NCBI GenBank assembly: GCA_032718475.1
Contig: JAUCBJ010007997.1
Coordinates: 1-64,000, forward strand
Direction of reading: 5' to 3'
DNA length: 64,000 nucleotides
DNA from: Nemertoderma westbladi
Taxonomy: Eukaryota; Animalia; Xenacoelomorpha
In this document: positions 50,984 through 63,086 of the stretch, piece by piece
Layout: every line of letters begins with the position of its first letter
Numbering within the stretch: the first letter of the stretch is position 1
The notes under the pieces: generated by a model
The model's database searches: none
The model's input: the letters and a program-made list of their open reading frames with translations, nothing else
Told to the model about the DNA's origin: nothing
Program-made: the position numbers and the translations under genes

Positions 50984-51279
50984 AAAGTAAAAGTAAAAAA
51001 GTAAAGTAAATTTTCTTCGGCCGCTAGGCCAGGGATTACGCACAAAGTCTTACGACTTATTTTCAGTGCGGTCCCCCCAGAACTTTACTCCCCAGAGGAA
51101 ACTCTAGTACTCATTTAGCTACCACTTAAGGATGCAAGGCGCCCTTAAGGTTCCTTGCTAATCTTGGTCCCTTTAAAGCATTCGTGCCGAAACGAAAACT
51201 GCCCTGGCCCATGTGAGGATCGAACCCACGACTTACAAGAGATGTGAATTCAATGCAACCACTACACCAAGGTGGAACC
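50984..51279 (-). mobile_element. tRNA-derived SINE
   Basis: Minus strand begins GGTTCCACCTTGGTGTAGTGG (A box) ... GGTTCGATCC (B box), then a ~200-nt body and a (TTTAC)n tail. Confidence 0.75.
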
Positions 51280-51511
51280 TTGGTGTAGTGGTGCAATATT
51301 TTTAATATGATTTTGTTGAATTATATAATATTGTAGTAATTTATATATTAATTTGGTTAATATTCAATACAGCTCCTACTTTAGGCTTAGTCAATTTATT
51401 ATCTGATGATACAAACATTAATTAATTATTTCAAAATGGTCTTAACTAATTAATTAATATCTAAACTAAACTATCTTAACTCTTATCTAATTAATTATTG
51501 TATTTTTACAG

Positions 51512-51619
51512 AATATTTGAGGAACACCCAAAGGTTGCTGAAATCTTTAAGGAAGCGATTAGTAATGACCAAACAGCTGGGGAAAACTATCAACAAAAGC
51601 TGCAGGTTCATGGCTTACG
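51512..51619 (+). CDS. Internal exon of a globin gene, globin X / X-like type (helices B12 to E10)
   Basis: Acceptor TATTTTTACAG| and donor CG|GTAAG; 108 nt, phase 2-2; (R)IFEEHPKVAEIFKEAISNDQTAGENYQQKLQVHGLR has C2 Pro, CD1 Phe and E7 His. Boundaries correspond to introns B12.2 and E10.2. Confidence 0.78.
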
Positions 51620-51675
51620 GTAAGAACAGTAGAACATCATTAACCCGGAAACATTTATCCCGGCTAAAGAACAAA

Positions 51676-53457
51676 ATGGGTGCGGTGCCTGGGGGAGGGT
51701 GGAATATGTTAAAGAGAAAACCAACACATATGGGTGCGGTGCCTGGGGGAGGGTGGAATATGTTAAAGAGAAAACCAACACATATGGGTGCGGTGCCTGG
51801 GGGAGGGTGGAATATGTTAAAGAGAAAACCAACACATATGGGTGCGGTGCCTGGGGGAGGGTGGAATATGTTAAAGAGAAAACCAACACATATGGGTGCG
51901 GTGCCTGGGGGAGGGTGGAATATGTTAAAGAGAAAACCAACACATATGGGTGCGGTGCCTGGGGGAGGGTGGAATATGTTAAAGAGAAAACCAACACATA
52001 TGGGTGCGGTGCCTGGGGGAGGGTGGAATATGTTAAAGAGAAAACCAACACATATGGGTGCGGTGCCTGGGGGAGGGTGGAATATGTTAAAGAGAAAACC
52101 AACACATATGGGTGCGGTGCCTGGGGGAGGGTGGAATATGTTAAAGAGAAAACCAACACATATGGGTGCGGTGCCTGGGGGAGGGTGGAATATGTTAAAG
52201 AGAAAACCAACACATATGGGTGCGGTGCCTGGGGGAGGGTGGAATATGTTAAAGAGAAAACCAACACATATGGGTGCGGTGCCTGGGGGAGGGTGGAATA
52301 TGTTAAAGAGAAAACCAACACATATGGGTGCGGTGCCTGGGGGAGGGTGGAATATGTTAAAGAGAAAACCAACACATATGGGTGCGGTGCCTGGGGGAGG
52401 GTGGAATATGTTAAAGAGAAAACCAACACATATGGGTGCGGTGCCTGGGGGAGGGTGGAATATGTTAAAGAGAAAACCAACACATATGGGTGCGGTGCCT
52501 GGGGGAGGGTGGAATATGTTAAAGAGAAAACCAACACATATGGGTGCGGTGCCTGGGGGAGGGTGGAATATGTTAAAGAGAAAACCAACACATATGGGTG
52601 CGGTGCCTGGGGGAGGGTGGAATATGTTAAAGAGAAAACCAACACATATGGGTGCGGTGCCTGGGGGAGGGTGGAATATGTTAAAGAGAAAACCAACACA
52701 TATGGGTGCGGTGCCTGGGGGAGGGTGGAATATGTTAAAGAGAAAACCAACACATATGGGTGCGGTGCCTGGGGGAGGGTGGAATATGTTAAAGAGAAAA
52801 CCAACACATATGGGTGCGGTGCCTGGGGGAGGGTGGAATATGTTAAAGAGAAAACCAACACATATGGGTGCGGTGCCTGGGGGAGGGTGGAATATGTTAA
52901 AGAGAAAACCAACACATATGGGTGCGGTGCCTGGGGGAGGGTGGAATATGTTAAAGAGAAAACCAACACATATGGGTGCGGTGCCTGGGGGAGGGTGGAA
53001 TATGTTAAAGAGAAAACCAACACATATGGGTGCGGTGCCTGGGGGAGGGTGGAATATGTTAAAGAGAAAACCAACACATATGGGTGCGGTGCCTGGGGGA
53101 GGGTGGAATATGTTAAAGAGAAAACCAACACATATGGGTGCGGTGCCTGGGGGAGGGTGGAATATGTTAAAGAGAAAACCAACACATATGGGTGCGGTGC
53201 CTGGGGGAGGGTGGAATATGTTAAAGAGAAAACCAACACATATGGGTGCGGTGCCTGGGGGAGGGTGGAATATGTTAAAGAGAAAACCAACACATATGGG
53301 TGCGGTGCCTGGGGGAGGGTGGAATATGTTAAAGAGAAAACCAACACATATGGGTGCGGTGCCTGGGGGAGGGTGGAATATGTTAAAGAGAAAACCAACA
53401 CATATGGGTGCGGTGCCTGGGGGAGGGTGGAATATGTTAAAGAGAAAACCAACACAT
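51676..53457. repeat. 54-bp minisatellite, 33 apparently identical copies
   Basis: ATGGGTGCGGTGCCTGGGGGAGGGTGGAATATGTTAAAGAGAAAACCAACACAT; 1782 bp / 54 = 33. Confidence 0.97.
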
Positions 53458-53909
53458 GAGAAAATGAGTCCCAAATAAATAATGTTGTTGGAAACAGTAC
53501 GGAACTGTACAGCATAAGTATATCCTGTTATCGAAATGAATACAGCCTCCTATATTATATTCATTAAAAAACAAAAGACACATTTTATGGTCAGCTAAGC
53601 TATATTAGTTCTAGCTACATTATATTTAAGTATTATTACGGGGAAGATTAGTGAATCAGAATTTAGACTCTCGAGGTTATGAAAACACCAATACAATTAC
53701 ATATTATTAATTATGTTACATTTACTAGACCATATTTAATTGACCTCGCCCACTGTCCACTCACTACGTAATTTATACACCTCAGGGCAGAATATTCAAT
53801 GTTTCAATATTTCAATGCGGCTTATGGGTCTGAACTACGTAGTGCAATGGAAGAAGGGGGGGGGGGGGGCAATGAGTTGCCATTGGGTCTAGATAATTGG
53901 AAATGGCAT

Positions 53910-55313
53910 GTGCCTTGCTGGCATCGGTTGTCCTGCTGTACATGCCTTGCTGGCATCGGTTGTCCTGCTGTACGTGCCTTGCTGGCATCGGTTGTCCTGC
54001 TGTACGTGCCTTGCTGGCATCGGTTGTCCTGCTGTACGTGCCTTGCTGGCATCGGTTGTCCTGCTGTACGTGCCTTGCTGGCATCGGTTGTCCTGCTGTA
54101 CGTGCCTTGCTGGCATCGGTTGTCCTGCTGTACGTGCCTTGCTGGCATCGGTTGTCCTGCTGTACGTGCCTTGCTGGCATCGGTTGTCCTGCTGTACGTG
54201 CCTTGCTGGCATCGGTTGTCCTGCTGTACGTGCCTTGCTGGCATCGGTTGTCCTGCTGTACGTGCCTTGCTGGCATCGGTTGTCCTGCTGTACGTGCCTT
54301 GCTGGCATCGGTTGTCCTGCTGTACGTGCCTTGCTGGCATCGGTTGTCCTGCTGTACGTGCCTTGCTGGCATCGGTTGTCCTGCTGTACGTGCCTTGCTG
54401 GCATCGGTTGTCCTGCTGTACGTGCCTTGCTGGCATCGGTTGTCCTGCTGTACGTGCCTTGCTGGCATCGGTTGTCCTGCTGTACGTGCCTTGCTGGCAT
54501 CGGTTGTCCTGCTGTACGTGCCTTGCTGGCATCGGTTGTCCTGCTGTACGTGCCTTGCTGGCATCGGTTGTCCTGCTGTACGTGCCTTGCTGGCATCGGT
54601 TGTCCTGCTGTACGTGCCTTGCTGGCATCGGTTGTCCTGCTGTACGTGCCTTGCTGGCATCGGTTGTCCTGCTGTACGTGCCTTGCTGGCATCGGTTGTC
54701 CTGCTGTACGTGCCTTGCTGGCATCGGTTGTCCTGCTGTACGTGCCTTGCTGGCATCGGTTGTCCTGCTGTACGTGCCTTGCTGGCATCGGTTGTCCTGC
54801 TGTACGTGCCTTGCTGGCATCGGTTGTCCTGCTGTACGTGCCTTGCTGGCATCGGTTGTCCTGCTGTACGTGCCTTGCTGGCATCGGTTGTCCTGCTGTA
54901 CGTGCCTTGCTGGCATCGGTTGTCCTGCTGTACGTGCCTTGCTGGCATCGGTTGTCCTGCTGTACGTGCCTTGCTGGCATCGGTTGTCCTGCTGTACGTG
55001 CCTTGCTGGCATCGGTTGTCCTGCTGTACGTGCCTTGCTGGCATCGGTTGTCCTGCTGTACGTGCCTTGCTGGCATCGGTTGTCCTGCTGTACGTGCCTT
55101 GCTGGCATCGGTTGTCCTGCTGTACGTGCCTTGCTGGCATCGGTTGTTCTGCTGTACGTGCCTTGCTGGCATCGGTTGTCCTGCTGTACGTGCCTTGCTG
55201 GCATCGGTTGTCCTGCTGTACGTGCCTTGCTGGCATCGGTTGTCCTGCTGTACGTGCCTTGCTGGCATCGGTTATCCTGCTGTACGTGCCTTGCTGGCAT
55301 CGGTTGTCCTGCT
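53910..55313. repeat. 32-bp minisatellite, ~44 near-identical copies
   Basis: GTGCCTTGCTGGCATCGGTTGTCCTGCTGTAC in tandem. Confidence 0.97.
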
Positions 55314-55719
55314 GGCGATAACCAATGGCTGCACCATCTTCGGGCACGCACCGGAGATCCCGAACCTTGCCCATGTTCAGGCTGTCCGAGCCTTCTACTG
55401 GAAGCTGTGGTGCGGTGTGAGTAAATACGCATCCACCACAGCCATCCTCACCGCAGTAGACAGCATCCCTGCAAACAACGGGAACTCAATATCGCTAGTT
55501 TTACTAACGGGAATGAGACGGAGAGCAGCCGCGCAGTTCCTATCCAACGGATGCCACCACAAACTGTGCAGCAACACAAACTGCTGGCGGCCAACTCCAA
55601 CCTGCATCTGTATCATCTGCGGCTACCCGGCTCAAGAAAGCGACCACGGCCTTACTTGCGATGGAATCCTCCTTAGCGCTGAAACGCGCTTTATTCCTAT
55701 ACAACTTAGCGGGCAATGA
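55290..55719 (+). pseudogene. 3' fragment of a non-LTR retrotransposon ORF2 (RT thumb plus C-terminal Zn finger)
   Basis: LLASVVLLAITNGCTIFG ... VQAVRAFYWKLWCGVSKYASTTAIL ... CIICGYPAQESDHGLTC resembles the LINE V.P.L.YG..IWG, K..LGV and CxxC..H...C motifs. Confidence 0.45.
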
Positions 55720-56219
55720 TACTACATAATTAATCTGGTGTGTTATTTTATTTTATTTTTTACTTTTTAAAACTTTTTATTACTTGTATCTATGTGTAGT
55801 TAGTTAGTCATTAATTTTAACAACAACCAACCATTTGGGCGGGAGTGTACCAAATTTCTGAACAGATGATATTATAATACTGTTTTAATGGTGACGTCAT
55901 AATTCAGGACAGGTAGGATAGATAAGAAATCAGTTGAGTATGCAGCTATGTATGCAGCTCAGTATGCAGCTCAGTTCAGTATGCAGCTATGTATGCAGCA
56001 GTATGCAGCAGCTATGTATTTCCCGTCAGTAGATTGTATTTAGATTGTCAGTACAGCAGTACTGCAGTTTGTCTTGTCAGTCTCTATTATACAGTCAGTA
56101 TGTCAGTCAATTATATTACATTAAACAAAGTATTATTGTTTCAATATACATGGAGGTTTTTATGACAACTTCCCTTATTTTCATCCAACGGACAGCATTC
56201 CGCACAACTAGAATGTACC

Positions 56220-57050
56220 TTGAAGATGACACCACATTGAAGGACGATGAACCCTGGTAAAAATCCAAATGCTTTGGGTAGCTTCTTGACGTTCGAGGGG
56301 ACATCACATCACGTATGAAGATCGCATGAGGGGCATTTGCAATCAACGAGTTCAATCAATGTAGAAAAAAGACATCCCTATCAACCAGAATCAAACTTTG
56401 GAACGCGTTTGTCCGGCCCATGAAATATGGGTACTTTTCAGTATCACTAGAGGGAGCCAAAAGCCTCATCTGATATTTGGAGTAGGTTGCTTCTAGTGTT
56501 GGTCTTTTTGTAAATTCTAAAAAGATCAAAATCATGACAGTTGACCTAGACAGCCCTCAATAAATGTCAGATCGTAAAGGCATAGGCTCTAAGGATGGCT
56601 TGCTTGAGCACGTGAATGTCTTCTGCTACTTGGGATCATGGATCAGAAAGTCAGGGGAAGACCTTCGGATACGTAAGGGGAAAGCATAGGCAGCGTTAAA
56701 TAGTCTGTCCAGGATTTGGAAGTACCATAGAATAATATGGAACCTTGAGGTTCGATTATTTATTTCTGTAGTAGTACCAGTACTCTTTATGGGAATCCAT
56801 GCTGGGCTCTAACTGCAGAGGATACTTTCAAAAGAATGCTGCGCCGGGTTCATTGTGTGTGACAATGAACACATCTCCAATCAGACTCTATACAACATCG
56901 GAGGTGTTCCATTAATCTCCCCTAGTTTGAGACTTGAACGGAACCGCATCCATGCATAATCTTGTACTTTGGCGCCCTCATGGAGCGAATAAGCCCATGG
57001 TGGACAGCCCATGACTTTCTTGAGACGCATCTTGAGACGTCTGTGGGGCG
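56220..57050 (+). pseudogene. Decayed RTE-type LINE RT fragments
   Basis: Stop- and frameshift-riddled GDITSRMKIA*GAF, IKLWNAFVRP, VGLFVNSKKIKIM, VNVFCYLGSWI, DLRIRKGKA*AALNSLSRIWK. Confidence 0.65.
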
Positions 57051-57615
57051 TTTATTGTATTATTATATGATTAAACTAACAACAATGATGGTAGGGGACC
57101 ATGGTTAATTGTAGACCATTGGGTTGATAATGTACTACTGTATATATTATATATATATATATTATATAATACTGTATACATATATCCAAACCATTATAAT
57201 CCCAAATGGCTTCATTGTATTCTAAGAATTGTACTCAACCATGCGCTATTATTAAGTCATGAATATTTCTAATTACGTTGTTTATGTCTACCACACCAAT
57301 AATAGTGTGGGTTCATTGTTTAAACTACTGTATTATATGTATACTGTATTATCTTTGATGCATTAAGATGAGATAAATACTTGTATTGTATTTGTATTGT
57401 ATTTGTATTGTGCAGTAACTTCTAACAAACACTGATTACCTTTTTATATAATCTCAAGTTGTCGAAAATATGTGATGAATCTTTAATTATCTACAGCGTT
57501 TTATAATCCATTCCATTTATTTCTTCACATTTATTATTTTTATAATGTTATGAATCCCCAGGACTGTTGCCTCACCTCAATGACTCACAGGAAATGAGAA
57601 TCAATAAGTTCGTGT

Positions 57616-59711
57616 CAGTTCACAAGAAGGGCAACCTAACAGTTCACAAGAAGGGCAACCTAACAGTTCACAAGAAGGGCAACCTCACAGTTCACAAGAA
57701 GGGTAACCTAACAGTTCACAAGAAGGGCAACCTAACAGTTCACAAGAAGGGCAACCTAACAGTTCACAAGAAGGGCACCTAACAGTTCACAAGAAGGGTA
57801 ACCTAACAGTTCACAAGAAGGGCAACCTAACAGTTCACAAGAAGGGCAACCTAACAGTTCACAAGAAGGGCAACCTCACAGTTCACAAGAAGGGCAACCC
57901 AACAGTTCACAAGAAGGGCAACCTAACAGTTCACAAGAAGGGCAACCTCGCAGTTCACAGGAAGGGCAACGTAACAGTTCACAAGAAGGGCAACCTAACA
58001 GTTCTCAAGAAGGACAACCTGACAGTTCACAAGAAGGGCAACCTGACAGTTCACAAGAAGGGCAACCTAACAGTTCACAAGAAGGGCACCTAACAGTTCA
58101 CAAGAAGGGTAACCTAACAGTTCACAAGAAGGGCAACCTAACAGTTCACAAGAAGGGCAACCTAACAGTTCACAAGAAGGGCAACCTAGCTGTTCACAAG
58201 AAGGGCAACCTAACAGTTCACAAGAAGGGCAACCTAACAGTTCACAAGAAGGGCAACCTAACAGTTCACAAGAAGGGCAACCTAACAGTTCACAAGAAGG
58301 GCAACCTAACAGTTCACAAGAAGGGCAACCTAACAGTTCACAAGAAGGGCAACCTAACAGTTCACAAGGAGGGCAACCTAACAGTTCACAAGAAGGGCAA
58401 CCTAACAGTTCACAAGAAGGACAACCTGACAGTTCACAAGAAGGGCAACCTGACAGTTCACAAGAAGGGCAACCTAACAGTTCACAAGAAGGGCACCTAA
58501 CAGTTCACAAGAAGGGTAACCTAACAGTTCACAAGAAGGGCAACCTAACAGTTCACAAGAAGGGCAACCTAACAGTTCACAAGAAGGGCAACCTAACAGT
58601 TCACAAGAAGGGCAACCTAACAGTTCACAAGAAGGGCAACCTAACAGTTCACAAGAAGGGCAACCTAACAGTTCACAAGAAGGGCAACCTAACAGTTCAC
58701 AAGAAGGGCAACATAACAGTTCACAAGAAGGGCAACCTAACAGTTCACAAGAAGGGCAACCTAACAGTTCACAAGAAGGGCAACATAACAGTTCACAAGA
58801 AGGGCAACCTAACAGTTCACAAGGAGGGAAACCTAACAGTTCACAAGAAGGGCAACCTAACAGTTCACAAGAAGGGCAACCTAACAGTTCACAAGAAGGG
58901 CACCTAACAGTTCACAAGAAGGGCAACCTAACAGTTCACAAGAAGGGTAACCTAACAGTTCACAAGAAGGGCAACCTAACAGTTCACAAGAAGGGCAACC
59001 TAACAGTTCACAAGAAGGGCAACCTAACAGTTTTCAAGAAGGGCAACCTAACAGTTCACAAGAAGGGCAACCTAACAGTTCATAAGAAGGGCAACCTAAC
59101 AGTTTACAAGAAGGGCAACCTAACAGTTCACAAGCAAGAAGGGCAACCTAACAGTTCACAAGCAAGAAGGGCAACCTAACAGTTCACAAGCAAGAAGGGC
59201 AACCTAACAGTTCACAAGAAGGGCAACCTAACAGTTCACAAGGAGGGCAACCTAACAGTTCACAAGAACGGGCAACCTAACAGTTCACAAGAAGGGCAAC
59301 CAAACAGTTCACAAGAAGGGCAACCTCACAGTTCACAAGAAGGGTAACCTAACAGTTCACAAGAAGGGCAACCTAACAGTTCACAAGAAGGGCAACCTAA
59401 CAGTTCACAAGAAGGGCACCTAACAGTTCTCAAGAAGGGCAACCTAACAGTTCACAAGAAGGGCACCTAACAGTTCACAAGAAGGGTAACCTAACAGTTC
59501 ACAAGAAGGATAACCTAACAGTTCACAAGAAGGGCAACCTAACAGTTCACAAGAAGGGCAACCTAACAGTTCACAAGAAGGGCAACCTAACAGTTCACAA
59601 GAATGGCAACCTAACAGTTCACAAGAAGGGCAACCTAGCAGTTCACAAGAAGGGCAACCTAACAGTTCACAAGAAGGGCAACATAATAGTTCACAAGAAG
59701 GGCAATCTAAC
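57616..59711. repeat. 24-bp minisatellite, ~87 copies
   Basis: CAGTTCACAAGAAGGGCAACCTAA in tandem with scattered variants. Confidence 0.97.
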
Positions 59712-59899
59712 TGTCTTTGCATTTTTTTGTGGAATGTTTTTGATCTTGATTGATGCAAATCGCATCAGGGATCCCTTTGATAGACAGACTGCTAGACAGA
59801 CTGCAGACTGAAAAGGTCATGGGACAATGGAGACCTTTCTGGGCCACAATTGGATAATTGAGATACAATTGGATAAGTGTTGTCAACAAAGGGAGGTAG

Positions 59900-60420
59900 A
59901 CAGACATCTACATATTTTCTTTGTTGACTTCTTTAAGGGAATCATGTATGTTCAGCATACTTGCAGAATATGAGATTCCAGATGAATTGATTGCAGCAAT
60001 CAGAAATTAGATCACTGTACTGTATGATGGTTTCACAACATTTGTATCTACTGCGTGTGGTTAACCCTTTTATGATCCATTTGTGGGAAGTTATTCTGAG
60101 TGACACAACGGCTCCTCAGCTTATTTTAGCTGTTTCTAGTGTTGTTGGTATCTGTGTTAACTACAAGAAGACCAACATTTTGACAGTTAACTTCGACAGT
60201 GAATGGGATGAATCGACAGAAAATGTCAGATTGTTTGAGCATAAGCGTCAAGGATGGTGTGCTTGAGCATATGGATGACTTCCTGTTACCTGTGATTATG
60301 GATCCCAAAGTTTAATAACATAGGGGAAGGCATGGGTGGCATTGAATGGTCTGTGCCAGAATTTTGGAATTACTTGAATAAAACGGAATAAATAGGTTCT
60401 ATTATATAAAGCATAAGAAC
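59900..60420 (+). pseudogene. Second decayed RTE-type LINE RT fragment
   Basis: LHIFFVDF, MFSILAEYEIPDELIAAI, VGICVNYKKTNIL, GKAWVALN; resembles the fragment at 56450-56720. Confidence 0.55.
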
Positions 60421-60878
60421 AAGTACTCCTATATTGAAAGAGGAAACCAAATCTATGGATGATAGAAATGTTGTGGTTGTTGTAGCAGCCCATGTGCACT
60501 GAGTTGTGATCGTTCCGGATTGATAACCAAACCGAATCTCTCACCTAGGTTAATGCACTCTGAGAGCATTGCATAACCCAATTGTATAACCAACTGGCCA
60601 TGCTATTCCCATGGAACCTTTCAGCAGTCGAACAGCATACATAGATATTGACAATAAATTAGGGATTTGAATGTCAAACAGCATCAAAATATTTACTGTT
60701 TATTTCTTTATTAATACAAGAGGGGAGGGGATAAAGGGTCAATCAATATGGCCCCACATGTTGTTGGTTATATTTAAAACAACATCGTGCGCCACCTTTT
60801 CAGCTCTTAAATCTCGTGCTCACGACTTTTCAGTTACAAAGAAAAAATAAAATCAAACATTGGCCCTTCAGAGCCACC

Positions 60879-61861
60879 ATAGTAATTTATTAAATATATA
60901 TGTAAATCATACAAATTATAGTAATTTATTAAATATATATGTAAATCATACAAATTATAGTAATTTATTAAATATATATGTAAATCATACAAATTATAGT
61001 AATTTATTAAATATATATGTAAATCATACAAATTATAGTAATTTATTAAATATATATGTAAATCATACAAATTATAGTAATTTATTAAATATATATGTAA
61101 ATCATACAAATTATAGTAATTTATTAAATATATATGTAAATCATACAAATTATAGTAATTTATTAAATATATATGTAAATCATACAAATTATAGTAATTT
61201 ATTAAATATATATATAAATCATACAAATTATAGTAATTTATTAAATATATATGTAAATCATACAAATTATAGTAATTTATTAAATATATATGTAAATCAT
61301 ACAAATTATAGTAATTTATTAAATATATATGTAAATCATACAAATTATAGTAATTTATTAAATATATATGTAAATCATACAAATTATAGTAATTTATTAA
61401 ATATATATGTAAATCATACAAATTATAGTAATTTATTAAATATATATGTAAATCATAGAAATTATAGTAATTTATTAAATATATATGTAAATCATACAAA
61501 TTATAGTAATTTATTAAATATATATGTAAATCATACAAATTATAGTAATTTATTAAATATATATGTAAATCATACAAATTATAGTAATTTACTAAATATA
61601 TATGTAAATCATACAAATTATAGTAATTTATTAAATATATATGTAAATCATACAAATTATAGTAATTTATTAAATATATATGTAAATCATACAAATTATA
61701 GTAATTTATTAAATATATATGTAAATCATACAAATTATAGTAATTTACTAAATATATATGTAAATCATACAAATTATAGTAATTTATTAAATATATATAT
61801 AAATCATACAAATTATAGTAATTTATTAAATATATATGTAAATCATACAAATTATAGTAAT
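60879..61861. repeat. 39-bp AT-rich minisatellite, ~25 copies
   Basis: ATAGTAATTTATTAAATATATATGTAAATCATACAAATT in tandem. Confidence 0.97.
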
Positions 61862-61864
61862 CTA

Positions 61865-63086
61865 TCTATATATATAAATATCCTCTGTCTGTCTGTGAGT
61901 CTGTGAGTCTATGAGTCTGTGAGTCTATGAGTCTGTGAGTCTGTCCAAGCTATACGCTCCGACACACATGCACCAATCTGAGCAAATGATACATCGATCG
62001 AAAGCTCTCGTCCTGAGCACGTAAACTATCGCAATCTCGAGGCTAATTTTACGCGTTTGCTTGCGTGAATGCGTATTTTGTGTTCGTTCGGGCGAAATGT
62101 ATCGAATTATTTCGGTTCTTCTATCGGTAATTAATTATTTAGAGGGGTAACATTTATCCCATCTGGTATAAAATTAACATGAGTAGATTCGCACTCTCAC
62201 AAAGTATTTATTTTATTCGAGTGTTTAATATAAATATGTATGATTATTTATTGATTAAAAATCAAATAGTGTATAAATATGTCATATTCGCCAAGCACGA
62301 TCGAATTGGCCTATTCTTAGTGCTGTAGTGAATAGGGAAGGATTTTTTTCTGTATCATAGCAACGTTAAGGTAATTATTGAAATCGCAGCTAGCTGGCTG
62401 GGCACAGATAAGGAGCAAGCAGGCTGGAGTGTTGATTGGGGTGGGTTTGGGTTGTCTGTTGCAAATTGCTCAAGAGTAATTCTGCTTTCTCAATCATTGG
62501 CTGCATGGAAGGAGAGGTTTATAACATTTTTGTTTTACTGTTATGAATATTAAAAGTAAAATAATTATTTCTGTAGGCCTATACTTACTGTATTATTATT
62601 TTATCTAATATTATACATCTAATCTCGATGAAATCTCGCTTACTATAGCTCGTTAGATAGGTCTCGCCCTAACTCGTTGCAACGTAATTCTCAGAGCCGT
62701 CTGAAGTTCCCCCATCTGCCGCTAGAGGGCGAATTGTCTGAATGTGAACATCTACATCAATTTTGTTATTTACAATCTGTTTAAGCTGAAACTTGAAAGG
62801 CAGGCATTTTACTTCACCATAAACCCCATCTTTACCAAACTGCAGCGCCGTCTGCATTTCACCAGTCTGCAGGTAGAGGGTGGATCTGAAAGTGATCATT
62901 TTCTGGAAATTTTGTTATTTACAATCTGCCTAAAGTTGAAACTTGACAGTTATCTCTTATGGGGGTGGTGTTTTATTTAATGATGGTGTCTGTTCCATAT
63001 GCAGTTCTCAAATCTCCCACACATATTCATATATCATCTGCACGTGCACTAGAAAGCTGTGGCCCGAAGGGCCACAGGCTTTCTAG
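61865..63086 (+). mobile_element. Non-autonomous Helitron, copy 1 (1222 bp)
   Basis: 5' A|TCTATATATATAAA, subterminal CTGT/GAGTCTGT microsatellite, 3' GC-rich hairpin CTGTGGCCC-GAA-GGGCCACAG and terminal CTAG|T; no TSD. Confidence 0.82.

Noticed and set aside
51205-51279. tRNA gene
   Set aside because: A and B boxes are present but I cannot form a cloverleaf, and it continues into a SINE body and tail.
51517-53515. 580-650 aa repeat ORFs on both strands
   Set aside because: A 54-bp unit without stops gives long ORFs by construction; identical units, and the real exon is in another frame and ends at the 51620 donor.
53799-55432. Cys-rich 460-600 aa ORFs in six frames
   Set aside because: Product of a stop-free 32-bp repeat cycling through frames.
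60834-61906. NHTNYSNLLNIYV / YDLHIYLINYYNL repeat proteins
   Set aside because: Translations of a 39-bp AT-rich minisatellite.
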